Source: Promethearchaeota archaeon (GTDB lineage: Archaea > Asgardarchaeota > Thorarchaeia > Thorarchaeales > Thorarchaeaceae). From it: a stretch of DNA of 44,746 nt. A model generated the notes under the pieces. It was given only the letters and a program-made list of their open reading frames with translations, searched no databases and had not been told where the DNA came from. Below, in pieces: positions 18,006-26,776 of this stretch. The first letter of the stretch is position 1. Each line of letters opens with the position of its first letter. The stretch is from contig JBHLPF010000026.1 in assembly GCA_048939765.1 (NCBI GenBank), forward strand, positions 1 to 44,746, in the 5' to 3' direction. The translations under genes and the position numbers were made by a program.

Positions 18006-19070
18006 CTACCGAGCCGCCTTGCACCATTGTCTTGCGATCATTTCTGCCTTGAACCACAGCAAGCCTCCACTAATCGTTACTCCAAGACTGAAAACGGAAT
18101 ATGCGATTACCGCCCAGCCTGCTTCTCCAAATGCTTCCAGTGTAACAATAGGGAATAGCTGAAACATAATTGAGAAGTAGAATATCTGGAAGAGCAAGAT
18201 GTGGTATGTTGCTTTTCCTACAGTTTCTAGTGAACGACTTGCTAAGTTATTCGCCTCAGACGGTAGAAGTTTCATACCCAGGAGTACAAGTAGGCCCGAG
18301 TATGGATAGACAAATGGCACATAATCCCCTGACAAGAAAGGCAACTCGATTTTCAGAAATGTCCATGTTCCTAGATAGATTATGCTTGGAATGGCAAGGG
18401 CCAAGATCGCATAATTATGGCGATTCGTTAAATCATGTCCATTTGAAAGCCAAAAGCCTATTCCCACTGCGAACAACAGTATTAGCACATTACAGCGAAA
18501 GATAGTCCAAACCAGACTGAACATCTCAAGATTCATGGGCCTTATGTAAGTTGTAAAAATCACATGCATTGTCAGATCAATCAGAAATGTTGCAAGAACC
18601 GTAGCCTTCGGGTGTTTCTCAAATGACCAGAATATCAGCGGCAAGAAGAATACAGATGTGAATATTACGGGAATAAACCAGTTGCCTGGACCCCAGAATG
18701 GCAATATCCCAAGGAAGATTGACCACTTGATATCTAGCTCTTGAAAATACCATCCGGCCAAGAATGAGGCAGCCAGAAGAAGCAGGAAGGGAAACAGATA
18801 CCTTGAGCCCTTCCTTCTAAAATACGATCCGGAGTACAGTTTTCGCAGTGTCAATTGCCCTCTGCGCCTAAATGAGAGCGCAGCATTGAGTCCCATTATT
18901 ATCATGAAGATGGGAATCGAAGCCCGAGTCCAGTATGGAGCTAAGATCTCATAATACCAGGGCAATGAGTGGTTCAAAATCACGAGGATTATTGCTATTG
19001 CCTTGAGGAGATCAATTTGGACATAGTGCGTATCCTCCAGATGGGTCTCCTTTGATGATGGCTCTATCAT
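18006..19070 (-). CDS. Acyltransferase_3 (OafA/YrhL-like) integral membrane acyltransferase
   Basis: Motifs IDLLKAIAIILVILNH, SIPIFMIIMG, WFIPVI and GKATYHILLFQ; about 10 TM segments. Confidence 0.85.
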   Translation of the reverse strand: MIEPSSKETHLEDTHYVQIDLLKAIAIILVILNHSLPWYYEILAPYWTRASIPIFMIIMGLNAALSFRRRGQLTLRKLYSGSYFRRKGSRYLFPFLLLLAASFLAGWYFQELDIKWSIFLGILPFWGPGNWFIPVIFTSVFFLPLIFWSFEKHPKATVLATFLIDLTMHVIFTTYIRPMNLEMFSLVWTIFRCNVLILLFAVGIGFWLSNGHDLTNRHNYAILALAIPSIIYLGTWTFLKIELPFLSGDYVPFVYPYSGLLVLLGMKLLPSEANNLASRSLETVGKATYHILLFQIFYFSIMFQLFPIVTLEAFGEAGWAVIAYSVFSLGVTISGGLLWFKAEMIARQWCKAAR

Positions 19071-19206
19071 TGTCTACTCATCACCTTTCTGGATGGCCAA
19101 GTGAGCAAACCACCAGATATCTAAATCGCTCGAATCTGATACCTTCTCCAAAATCGTTAAAACTTGCATCGCGCGGTCTGCATTTCACTCTAGGAGCAAT
19201 TGCCTG

Positions 19207-20433
19207 ATGGGACTACGTGACAGAGCAACGGTTGCTATATATCTGGTTTATGGACTTCAATCAACTGGAATGGCAATCAGCTGGCAATTTGCCACATTGT
19301 TTGTCAAGCATGAATTAGGCGCTCCCGATTTTCTTACTCTTACCGTTGTCTACGCAACTCCGTCCTTCGTTACCATGGCTGCCGTAAATCTATGGGGAGC
19401 ATTCTCAGACCGTTCGAGGGCACGAAAGCCCTTCATGGTTGTTGGTTTTCTGGGTTATGCCTATACCTTCGTGCTCTATTCATTCGTAACCACTAGCCTT
19501 CAATTTCTGGCTATCGGAGTCCTTGGAGCTATGCTCTCCTCTGCATCATTGCCAGCCGGCACCGCTCATCTAACAACGGGAACAAAGAGCAAGGGAGAGC
19601 GAATGGGATATTTCATCTCGGTTCAATCAGCGGGTTGGTTCGCGGGGGCACTGCTCAGTGGATTGCTCTATGATGCAATTGGAATGTTCACACTCTATAG
19701 AATTGCGGCCATATCTTGCGTTCTAGCCACAGGCATAGCCATTGTGTTCGTTCAAGACCTGCCAGTAAAAGAAGTGTCACAAGAGATGAAGACTAGCTTC
19801 CTCACTCTAGTACGTAAGCCAGGAATTGCGCGCCTCTCTCTTCTTGTGGCGCTGAGTCAAATAGGCATAGGCGCCGTCTCATTTATGCATGCAATTATCA
19901 TCATCGACGAGCTCGGTGGATTAGCACTATATGTTGGCCTTGCAAACTCGTTTGCGACGCTGATCGCAGTAGTTGTCACTGGCTATATTGGAAAGGTCGT
20001 AGACCGCAGAGGTCCGGTTATGATACTGGTTCTAGCGATGCTATCTTACACAGTCTTTGGATCTGCATTTGCTCTGGTTCGTGATCCCATAACTGCCACA
20101 ATAATGTGGGCGCTCCCAATTTATCCACTGGCATCCACAGCAGCTTTTGCATTGGCATCAATGAGATCAAGTGAAGATGAGCGAGGGCGAGCGATGTCAT
20201 TGATTAGTGGAGCACAAAACGCCGGCGCCGCAATTGGCCCAGTTGTTGGTGGGCTCTTCGCCCAATTCGTCTTTGGTATGGTACAACCAGTTGCATGGAT
20301 CATGATGTTGTTCAATCTTGCAGCGCTGGCTTTGGCTATATCACTGCCTGGAGTTGTGGGTTCGGGTCTTATCTCAATGGAACCAATTTCCATGGCTTCA
20401 GAGCAAAATCATGCAATTGCGCCGGGCAGGTAG
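19207..20433 (+). CDS. MFS transporter
   Basis: About 12 TM segments; motifs WGAFSDRSRARK, GKVVDRRGP, ERGRAMS and AIGPVVGG. Confidence 0.9.
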   Translation: MGLRDRATVAIYLVYGLQSTGMAISWQFATLFVKHELGAPDFLTLTVVYATPSFVTMAAVNLWGAFSDRSRARKPFMVVGFLGYAYTFVLYSFVTTSLQFLAIGVLGAMLSSASLPAGTAHLTTGTKSKGERMGYFISVQSAGWFAGALLSGLLYDAIGMFTLYRIAAISCVLATGIAIVFVQDLPVKEVSQEMKTSFLTLVRKPGIARLSLLVALSQIGIGAVSFMHAIIIIDELGGLALYVGLANSFATLIAVVVTGYIGKVVDRRGPVMILVLAMLSYTVFGSAFALVRDPITATIMWALPIYPLASTAAFALASMRSSEDERGRAMSLISGAQNAGAAIGPVVGGLFAQFVFGMVQPVAWIMMLFNLAALALAISLPGVVGSGLISMEPISMASEQNHAIAPGR

Positions 20434-20452
20434 ATTTGATTCATCCTATCTT

Positions 20453-21787
20453 CTATATGCCTGATGCTACCTTCTTGAACGCTTCAAGATGTTGGTTGAT
20501 GTCCTCTTCAGAATGTTGAACTGAAACAAGCCATTCCTCATCAGCTCCATATGCCATTGGGATAATGCCTTCATTTGCCATAGCGAGCCAATAATGGTGG
20601 GTCTTAGCTTTGTCAACCTTTGTCCATGTTCGATAATCTGTAACTGGCTCTTTGGTGAATAGAATCCCCCCATTTGCATTGATTCCTTGAACAATCGCTT
20701 CCAACTTGTGGTCAATAATGATGTCTTGATATCCCCTGAGGAGGATTCCACCTAGTTTCTCTAGCTTGGCGTAGCTTTCATCGGTGAGAATCTCTGTCAG
20801 TGTAATCTTAGCCGCTCTAATCGATAACGGGTTGGCTGAATATGTTCCAAACAAGCCTTCTGCGTCGATTCCATCAATTATCTCTCCTTTGCCTCCGCAA
20901 GCACCAATCGGAAGTCCCCCACCAATGGCTTTGGCTAGGCAGACTAGGTCAGGCTTTACATCAAAGTATTCGGTTGCGCCGCCACGTGCCAGCTTCACTC
21001 CAGTCTTCACCTCGTCAAAGATGAGTACAACATTGTACTCCTCGGTCAGTTCCCTCAACGCCTTGTGATATCCATCTTTAGGGGGAACCACACCCGCATT
21101 CATCATAACAGGTTCCACAATTAGTGCTGCGACTTCACCGAGATACTCGTCTAGAAGACTCTTGATAACTTCAACATTATTGAATGGGGCAATGATTGTG
21201 TCTCTTGCGGTTTCGCTAGTGATGCCTCTGCCATACGGCACATTACTGGGTCGATGATAGGGTCCTGCTTCGCCTATCGTCGGTCTCTTGCTGATATGCA
21301 AGGAATCAGATACTCCATGGTACGCGCCTTCAATCTTGATTATCTTGTCCTTTCCAGTGTACCTTCTTGCTAGGCGAACAGCATACAGGTTTGCTTCAGA
21401 TCCTGAATTGACGAACCTGACCTTATCTATTGGAAAGCGTTCTGCAAGAGCATTAGCCACCTCAATGCTTTCCTCATGAGGCAGTCCAAAAATCGTTCCA
21501 TTCTCAAGTTGATCCTGCAATCCCTCCACAATCTTCGGATGTCTATGTCCAACGATTAGCACGCCCCAACATAGGTTGAAGTCTAGATACTCATTACCAT
21601 CCACGTCCCAAATCTTGGACCCCTCACCCTTTCTGATAAACAGGGGATATGGATCGAACGTCGGAGCGGACCCTCCTATGCCCCCCGGTAGCCGTATGAC
21701 AGATTTCTGGAATATTTCCGCAGATTTGCCTGTCTTCTGTCTGTACTGTTTGGTTACACTCTCTAGACTCATCTCTTTCAAAGCCAC
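20453..21787 (-). CDS. Class-III PLP aminotransferase, glutamate-1-semialdehyde aminomutase-like
   Basis: Motifs WDVDGNEYLD, RFVNSGSEA, GAYHG, LIFDEVKTG, PDLVCLAKAIGGGLP (PLP Lys) and GTYSANP. The HemL GGVNSPVR motif is replaced by GGIGGSAP. Confidence 0.88.
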   Translation of the reverse strand: MALKEMSLESVTKQYRQKTGKSAEIFQKSVIRLPGGIGGSAPTFDPYPLFIRKGEGSKIWDVDGNEYLDFNLCWGVLIVGHRHPKIVEGLQDQLENGTIFGLPHEESIEVANALAERFPIDKVRFVNSGSEANLYAVRLARRYTGKDKIIKIEGAYHGVSDSLHISKRPTIGEAGPYHRPSNVPYGRGITSETARDTIIAPFNNVEVIKSLLDEYLGEVAALIVEPVMMNAGVVPPKDGYHKALRELTEEYNVVLIFDEVKTGVKLARGGATEYFDVKPDLVCLAKAIGGGLPIGACGGKGEIIDGIDAEGLFGTYSANPLSIRAAKITLTEILTDESYAKLEKLGGILLRGYQDIIIDHKLEAIVQGINANGGILFTKEPVTDYRTWTKVDKAKTHHYWLAMANEGIIPMAYGADEEWLVSVQHSEEDINQHLEAFKKVASGI

Positions 21788-21909
21788 CCATTATGAATTG
21801 AGTGAAATGGAGGTCAATATGTCATATATGATGATTGGTTGAATTTGACACACCTTCTGCACAATGTTATACCATCACTTTGAAATAAGAGAAGAGATAT
21901 CGTTTCATC

Positions 21910-22752
21910 ATGAGCGAAGGTTGCACTCTCGCCGCCAAGATAATTGGTCCGCGGTATTTCATGCTCAAGAATAGAGATCTTGTCTACACAGACTTCCATG
22001 ACCATGCTGTGTTTGATGATACGATTTTTGCGGTGACTGGTGTCCACATAGGGTCTGGTAATCCGATGGGTGTATCGATTGGGGTAAATAGATGGGGCCT
22101 CTCTGTATGCAGTTCAACTGTGCTAGCCAATTCTGACACAGCGTATGACGTGTTGCTTGAAAGAGTCCTAAGGGAATGCAAAACCATCGACAGAGCCGGA
22201 GAACTGGTTAGGTCTGACTTGGAAACGGGAAGTAGGTATCAGTGGTGCAACTTCATATTGGCAACTCCTGAAGAAGTCGGCGCTATCGAAATCGGAGATG
22301 GGATTATGGAAATTGAGAAACTGCCAGCAATGATAAGCCGCGCGAATCATCATCTTAAGCTTCCTACCATGGAATATCTAAAGGCAGCCAGTCGCGAGGA
22401 GCGTGAAGCTGGAGGGCCTATTCAAGATAGTCAGCATAGACGCCAGGTAGCATCGAGGATGCTCGACACAGCTGTTTCTATTGGCGACATGATTGAGATA
22501 CTTTGCACTCACAGCGAATCGCGAGGCTACAATTCGATATGTAGACATAGAACAAGCAATCCCAATGATCCGCTTCTAGGTGAAACCTCCTATGGCTATA
22601 TACTTGAAGTTCTAAAGACAAGTGCTGAAGAGTTCGATATCAGGATTCATGTGGCAAGAGGCAATCCATGCAGCAACACCTTCCAAGAAATTGAGGTGGA
22701 CTTCACAGTGCCACCTAGTCAAAGAAAGAAGACTGTTCAATCAATCCCCTAG
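21910..22752 (+). CDS. Ntn-hydrolase (peptidase C45/C59/C69-like), Cys nucleophile
   Basis: Motifs MSEG-CTL...KNRD, GVNRWGL, CNFILA, RANH, SQHRR and GNPC. Confidence 0.75.
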   Translation: MSEGCTLAAKIIGPRYFMLKNRDLVYTDFHDHAVFDDTIFAVTGVHIGSGNPMGVSIGVNRWGLSVCSSTVLANSDTAYDVLLERVLRECKTIDRAGELVRSDLETGSRYQWCNFILATPEEVGAIEIGDGIMEIEKLPAMISRANHHLKLPTMEYLKAASREEREAGGPIQDSQHRRQVASRMLDTAVSIGDMIEILCTHSESRGYNSICRHRTSNPNDPLLGETSYGYILEVLKTSAEEFDIRIHVARGNPCSNTFQEIEVDFTVPPSQRKKTVQSIP

Positions 22753-22840
22753 ATTCAACTTTAGCCAAGCAGGGGTGACTCCCTGTTTCTATTCTCCCAC
22801 ATATCGCCGCATATATGAGTCGGGACTAGATGAAGTTCCA

Positions 22841-23767
22841 TTGGCGAAATACAAGATGGAGCACATAAAGCTACGGGATGCCCTCGTAGGTGTATCTGTA
22901 ACGACTGCAACTCCGTTTTCTGAGGACCTCAAGGAATTGGACATTGGTGGAATCGACAAGAACCTGAGGTTCCTTGTCGAGGAAGGAATTGGATTGGTCG
23001 TGCCCTGCGGTAACACAGGCGAGTTTTACTCCCTCTCTGAGAGTGAATGGACTGATATGGTCCGAACCACGATTGACGCTGTAGGAAGTAGAATAGCAGT
23101 GATGGCTGGAGTGGGCCACTCCATAGGGACAGCCATAGACATGACGGAGCAGGCCATGGCTCTAGGTGCGGATGGTGTAATGATCATGTATCCTCAGCAT
23201 GTATTCTCTTCGGAAGAAGGCATTCTTCACTACTATCAGCAGATCCTTGATGCTTCGAAAGGCATCGGAGTGGTTTTGTACAAAAAAGGGCCTCTTCTCA
23301 GTGATGCAGTTCTCAGTAGACTCATCAGTCACAGGAATCTGGTTGGTGTCAAGTATTCATTTGGACGCATTGTTGACTTTGCCAACAGTGTTCAGAAACT
23401 GGGGAGGTCCATAGTCTGGTCATGTGGTACCGCTGAGAGGTTTGCTCCATTCTTCTGGCTAGCCGGTGCCCAAGGATTCACTTCTGGACTTGGGAATTTT
23501 GCTCCTCATGTTTCCAAACAGATGTTTGCAGCTTTAGGGGCGAACAACTTTGATGAAGCAATGCGTATTCAATCGATGATATCCCAGCTGGAATTCCTCA
23601 GAGAGGGAAGGGGTACTGCAAACAATGTGCCGGTAATCAAGGCGCTTCTGGATTATGTTGGACTAGCTGGGGGTTCATGTAGGGCCCCGATTCATCCCTT
23701 AAGTGACGAGGAGCGAGAGGCTGCAATAGAATCGACTGAAGGCTGGGACCTCAAGTTCGTTTCATAA
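22841..23767 (+). CDS. DHDPS/NAL-family class-I aldolase/dehydratase
   Basis: Motifs TATPF, GNTGEFYSLS, GADGVMIMYP, VVLY and Schiff-base Lys in VGVKYS. Start is TTG 22841 or ATG 22856; the ORF-track extension to 22622 overlaps the upstream gene. Confidence 0.88.
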   Translation: MAKYKMEHIKLRDALVGVSVTTATPFSEDLKELDIGGIDKNLRFLVEEGIGLVVPCGNTGEFYSLSESEWTDMVRTTIDAVGSRIAVMAGVGHSIGTAIDMTEQAMALGADGVMIMYPQHVFSSEEGILHYYQQILDASKGIGVVLYKKGPLLSDAVLSRLISHRNLVGVKYSFGRIVDFANSVQKLGRSIVWSCGTAERFAPFFWLAGAQGFTSGLGNFAPHVSKQMFAALGANNFDEAMRIQSMISQLEFLREGRGTANNVPVIKALLDYVGLAGGSCRAPIHPLSDEEREAAIESTEGWDLKFVS

Positions 23768-23772
23768 CAGAA

Positions 23773-24087
23773 TCAGGATTCCACAACTCGGTGGAGCTCA
23801 ATCACATTTCTGCAGGACCTACAGATGAACGCAGTGGGACCCAACCATTCAATATCGTGACTAAAATCGATCTCTGCATTGCACTCTGGACAATGTGGTC
23901 TTGCTCCTGAGGTATTTACTAGACTTCTTGTTAGAGAAACGAAAGCCACATCGGTAGAAGGCGCTTGATTAGGAGCTTCCATGCGTTGTGATACAGAAAG
24001 TGCGTTCATAATCCAGAGTATCATGCAGGTGATACTCACGCGAGTGGCATGTGCAATTGATGTTTTTCTACTCCTCTGAAATCTCAA
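23773..24087 (-). CDS. Small Zn-ribbon protein (start uncertain)
   Basis: CPECNAEIDFSHDIEWLGPTAFICRSC; the N-terminal part of the ORF may be non-coding or decayed. Confidence 0.55.
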   Translation of the reverse strand: MRFQRSRKTSIAHATRVSITCMILWIMNALSVSQRMEAPNQAPSTDVAFVSLTRSLVNTSGARPHCPECNAEIDFSHDIEWLGPTAFICRSCRNVIELHRVVES

Positions 24088-24520
24088 CTCTTACATGACT
24101 ATTGCAGTTTGGGCATACAAGACTGCTGGCCCCGCTCCATTCCACTCTGTAAAGCTCGATTGTCCTCTGACAGAAGGGACAGTAGACCGGAATCTTATAC
24201 TGCGCTCCTGAGGGATATTGGTCTGTAACATCGGCATCCATGAAATCGTCATCAGAAATCATTCCCAATTCATAGGACCGAGATACTGCTTGGTCAAATT
24301 GCATTGTTCTTCTTGTAGCCGACCGAACCGCAACCATGATTATTCCGAAAACAAAAAGAAAGACTGCTCCAATACCTAGGAAGATTGGAATGACAATTGA
24401 ATATACATATGCTCCAATCCCAAGAGATTGGAATAGCGCCAGTATGAAGATCAAAGGGAGAAAGAAGCTAAGTCCAATGATTCCAGCGACTTTGCATCCT
24501 AAGCCTGAGCTATTACTCAC
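24068..24520 (-). CDS. Two-TM protein with C-terminal Zn ribbon
   Basis: Two TM helices followed by CPFCQRTIELYRVEWSGASSLVCPNC. Confidence 0.75.
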   Translation of the reverse strand: MSNSSGLGCKVAGIIGLSFFLPLIFILALFQSLGIGAYVYSIVIPIFLGIGAVFLFVFGIIMVAVRSATRRTMQFDQAVSRSYELGMISDDDFMDADVTDQYPSGAQYKIPVYCPFCQRTIELYRVEWSGASSLVCPNCNSHVRVEISEE

Positions 24521-24587
24521 TTTGGATCACAGGTTCTTCTTCCATTTGTCTACCTATAAACACTGGCTAGATAGAGCTCTAATGTCA

Positions 24588-25661
24588 TCAAACAAGGTCC
24601 ATCCATTCAGCAATGTGAGCCGCCCAACCTGCTGTTCTAGAAACCGCGAATAACTCCGTGTTCAAATAGTATGGAATTCCAAATGAATAGTAGACAGCTG
24701 CGTTGTAGAGATCGACATTGGGATGGACATTTCTGTTTTTTCGCTGGAGAATCAGTTCCATACCTATTCTAGCGGTTTCCTGTATTCTTTTGTATAGAGA
24801 TATTGTTTCTTGAGTAGTGGCCCTTCTTTCTAGAATCTCTTGCAGCATTACCGCTCTGGGGTCAATCGTCTTGTAGATTCTATGTCCAAGTCCGTAGACG
24901 CGCTCGCCGTGCTCTATGGCTTCAGTGAGATAGTCCTCGACATTCCCGGAATCCCCGATCTCCATCATTGCCTTCATCATAGCCTCTCCTGCTCCATGAT
25001 GAAGAGGGTCTATATGATGGTTCAAAGCCGTTGCTAGCGACTCAGAAAGGGAGCTGCCCCCCTTGACCGATTTCTCAAGTGCGTTAAGTGATGGATTGCT
25101 TGGATCATCCATATGAAGAATGAAACATGATTCAAGATCCCGTTCGTCCTGAGGCAAAAGATCCGTTCCTTTCATCATCCAGAAAAAGTTGTGTGCGTAA
25201 CCAAGAATCTCATTGCGAATGACGATGGGCTTGCCCTTGAGATATAGCCATCCTGCCGCTAGTACCATGGGAGCAAGTGAAACAAAGGCAAGTAGTGAAT
25301 CGAGAGCATCAAGGTCATATTCTACGGAGAAATGACTGACTCGGTTTGCAAGTGGTTTCAATCCCATCATTTCAGTTCTATCGATGTTGTCAACTACTCG
25401 CCGAGCTAGCTGACCAGTACCTGATTCTAGCTCATTTAGAATCCGAGGCAGTTCCTGTTCATGTAATCTCCTATATGTTAGCATCCGTTCCTGAAAGCTC
25501 ATACTCTCCCTCTTGCTAGGGAGCTTCCCATAGATGAGAAGATATGTTACATCCTCAAAACTTCTTGTTCGTGCCAATTCAGTTGCTTCAATTCCTCTGA
25601 AGTAGAGCTTTCCCTGCTCTGCATCAATCTTGCTGATTGGTTCTTTCAACACGATAATCAC
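24588..25661 (-). CDS. Divergent citrate synthase-family protein
   Basis: Motifs ISKID...GKLYFRG, FEDVTYLLIYGKLP, PLHHGA, GLGHRIYKTIDPRA, PNVDLY and LFAVSRTAGWAAH. Confidence 0.85.
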   Translation of the reverse strand: MIIVLKEPISKIDAEQGKLYFRGIEATELARTRSFEDVTYLLIYGKLPSKRESMSFQERMLTYRRLHEQELPRILNELESGTGQLARRVVDNIDRTEMMGLKPLANRVSHFSVEYDLDALDSLLAFVSLAPMVLAAGWLYLKGKPIVIRNEILGYAHNFFWMMKGTDLLPQDERDLESCFILHMDDPSNPSLNALEKSVKGGSSLSESLATALNHHIDPLHHGAGEAMMKAMMEIGDSGNVEDYLTEAIEHGERVYGLGHRIYKTIDPRAVMLQEILERRATTQETISLYKRIQETARIGMELILQRKNRNVHPNVDLYNAAVYYSFGIPYYLNTELFAVSRTAGWAAHIAEWMDLV

Positions 25662-25697
25662 TTGATTCAGGTCTGGACTCCGAAACCACGCAGAATC

Positions 25698-25719
25698 GAG
25701 AGCTCCAAAGGGAGCTCTC
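25698..25719 (-). terminator. Hairpin directly after the gap stop codon
   Basis: Perfect 9-bp stem GAGAGCTCC/GGAGCTCTC with a 4-nt loop. Confidence 0.5.
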
Positions 25720-26726
25720 TACATCTTACTAGCTATAATGCCAACTAAATCAGCTAGACGCTGACTGTATCCCTGTTCGTTGTCATACCATCCAAGGATT
25801 TTGACCATATTTCCGGAAACGGTAGTCGTCAACGAGTCGAACGTGCATGAGTGCGTGTCGCCAATAATGTCAGACGACACCAGTGGTTCTTCACTGTAGG
25901 CAAGATAACCGGCTAATGGCCCTTCGTCCGAGGCCTTTTTGAACGCCGCATTTACTGAAGCGACATCAGTTTCTTTCTCTACAATGGCGCTAAGGTCCAC
26001 TATCGATCCATCCATTACGGGTACGCGTAAAGCCATGCCATCCAACTTACCGGCGGCCTTTGGATATACAAGACCTATGGCTTTCGCTGCACCAGTTGTT
26101 GTGGGCACGATATTCCAGCATGCTGCTCTCGCACGTCTGAGGTCTTTATGTGGCCCATCAAGTATTACTTGGTCATTTGTCACTGCATGTATCGTTGTCA
26201 TGAGGCCTCTCACAAGTCCAAAGCTCTCGTCGATAACCTTGACCATAGGGGCGAGGCAGTTCGTGGTGCAAGACGCATTTGAGATCACATCATCCTTCTC
26301 TGGATCATAGTCCTCATCGTTCACTCCCAAGACTACAGTCCTCATCTCGCCACCCTTGCCAGGTGCACTCAATGCTACCTTCTTTGCTCCAGCTGAGATA
26401 TGTTTCTCTGCATCTACTCTCTTTCTGAAGAAGCCTGTACATTCGGCTACGATGTCAACATCCAGGTCTTTCCAGGGGAGATTAGCGGGGTCTCTCTCAG
26501 AAACCACCTTCATCTCTTGATCCTCGACAGTTAGGGTGTCGCTGCCAGCCTCAACACTTCCTTCGAATCTACCCATCACAGTGTCATATTTCATGAGGTG
26601 CGCAAGCGACTTCAGATCCATTAAGTCGTTGAGCGCGACAACCTCGAACTCTTTTTTCGAAAGGGCGGACCTTAGAAAGCCTCGCCCGATTCTTCCAAAT
26701 CCATTGATACCAACACGCACAGTCAT
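25719..26726 (-). CDS. gap: Type I (bacterial/eukaryotic-class) glyceraldehyde-3-phosphate dehydrogenase
   Basis: Motifs INGFGRIGR, ASCTTNCLAP, HKDLRRARAA, TTTGAAKA and WYDNEQGYS. Confidence 0.96.
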   Translation of the reverse strand: MTVRVGINGFGRIGRGFLRSALSKKEFEVVALNDLMDLKSLAHLMKYDTVMGRFEGSVEAGSDTLTVEDQEMKVVSERDPANLPWKDLDVDIVAECTGFFRKRVDAEKHISAGAKKVALSAPGKGGEMRTVVLGVNDEDYDPEKDDVISNASCTTNCLAPMVKVIDESFGLVRGLMTTIHAVTNDQVILDGPHKDLRRARAACWNIVPTTTGAAKAIGLVYPKAAGKLDGMALRVPVMDGSIVDLSAIVEKETDVASVNAAFKKASDEGPLAGYLAYSEEPLVSSDIIGDTHSCTFDSLTTTVSGNMVKILGWYDNEQGYSQRLADLVGIIASKM

Positions 26727-26776
26727 TGGATTACACCTACTATAGCGGTTCCTCGGAGTTCACGGAATATGCTATG

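Noticed and set aside
20453-21787. Calling this gene hemL
   Set aside because: The GSA-specific N-terminal motif is missing and there are no tetrapyrrole genes nearby.
22841-23767. Calling this gene dapA
   Set aside because: It has GNTGE rather than GTTGE and no lysine-biosynthesis context.
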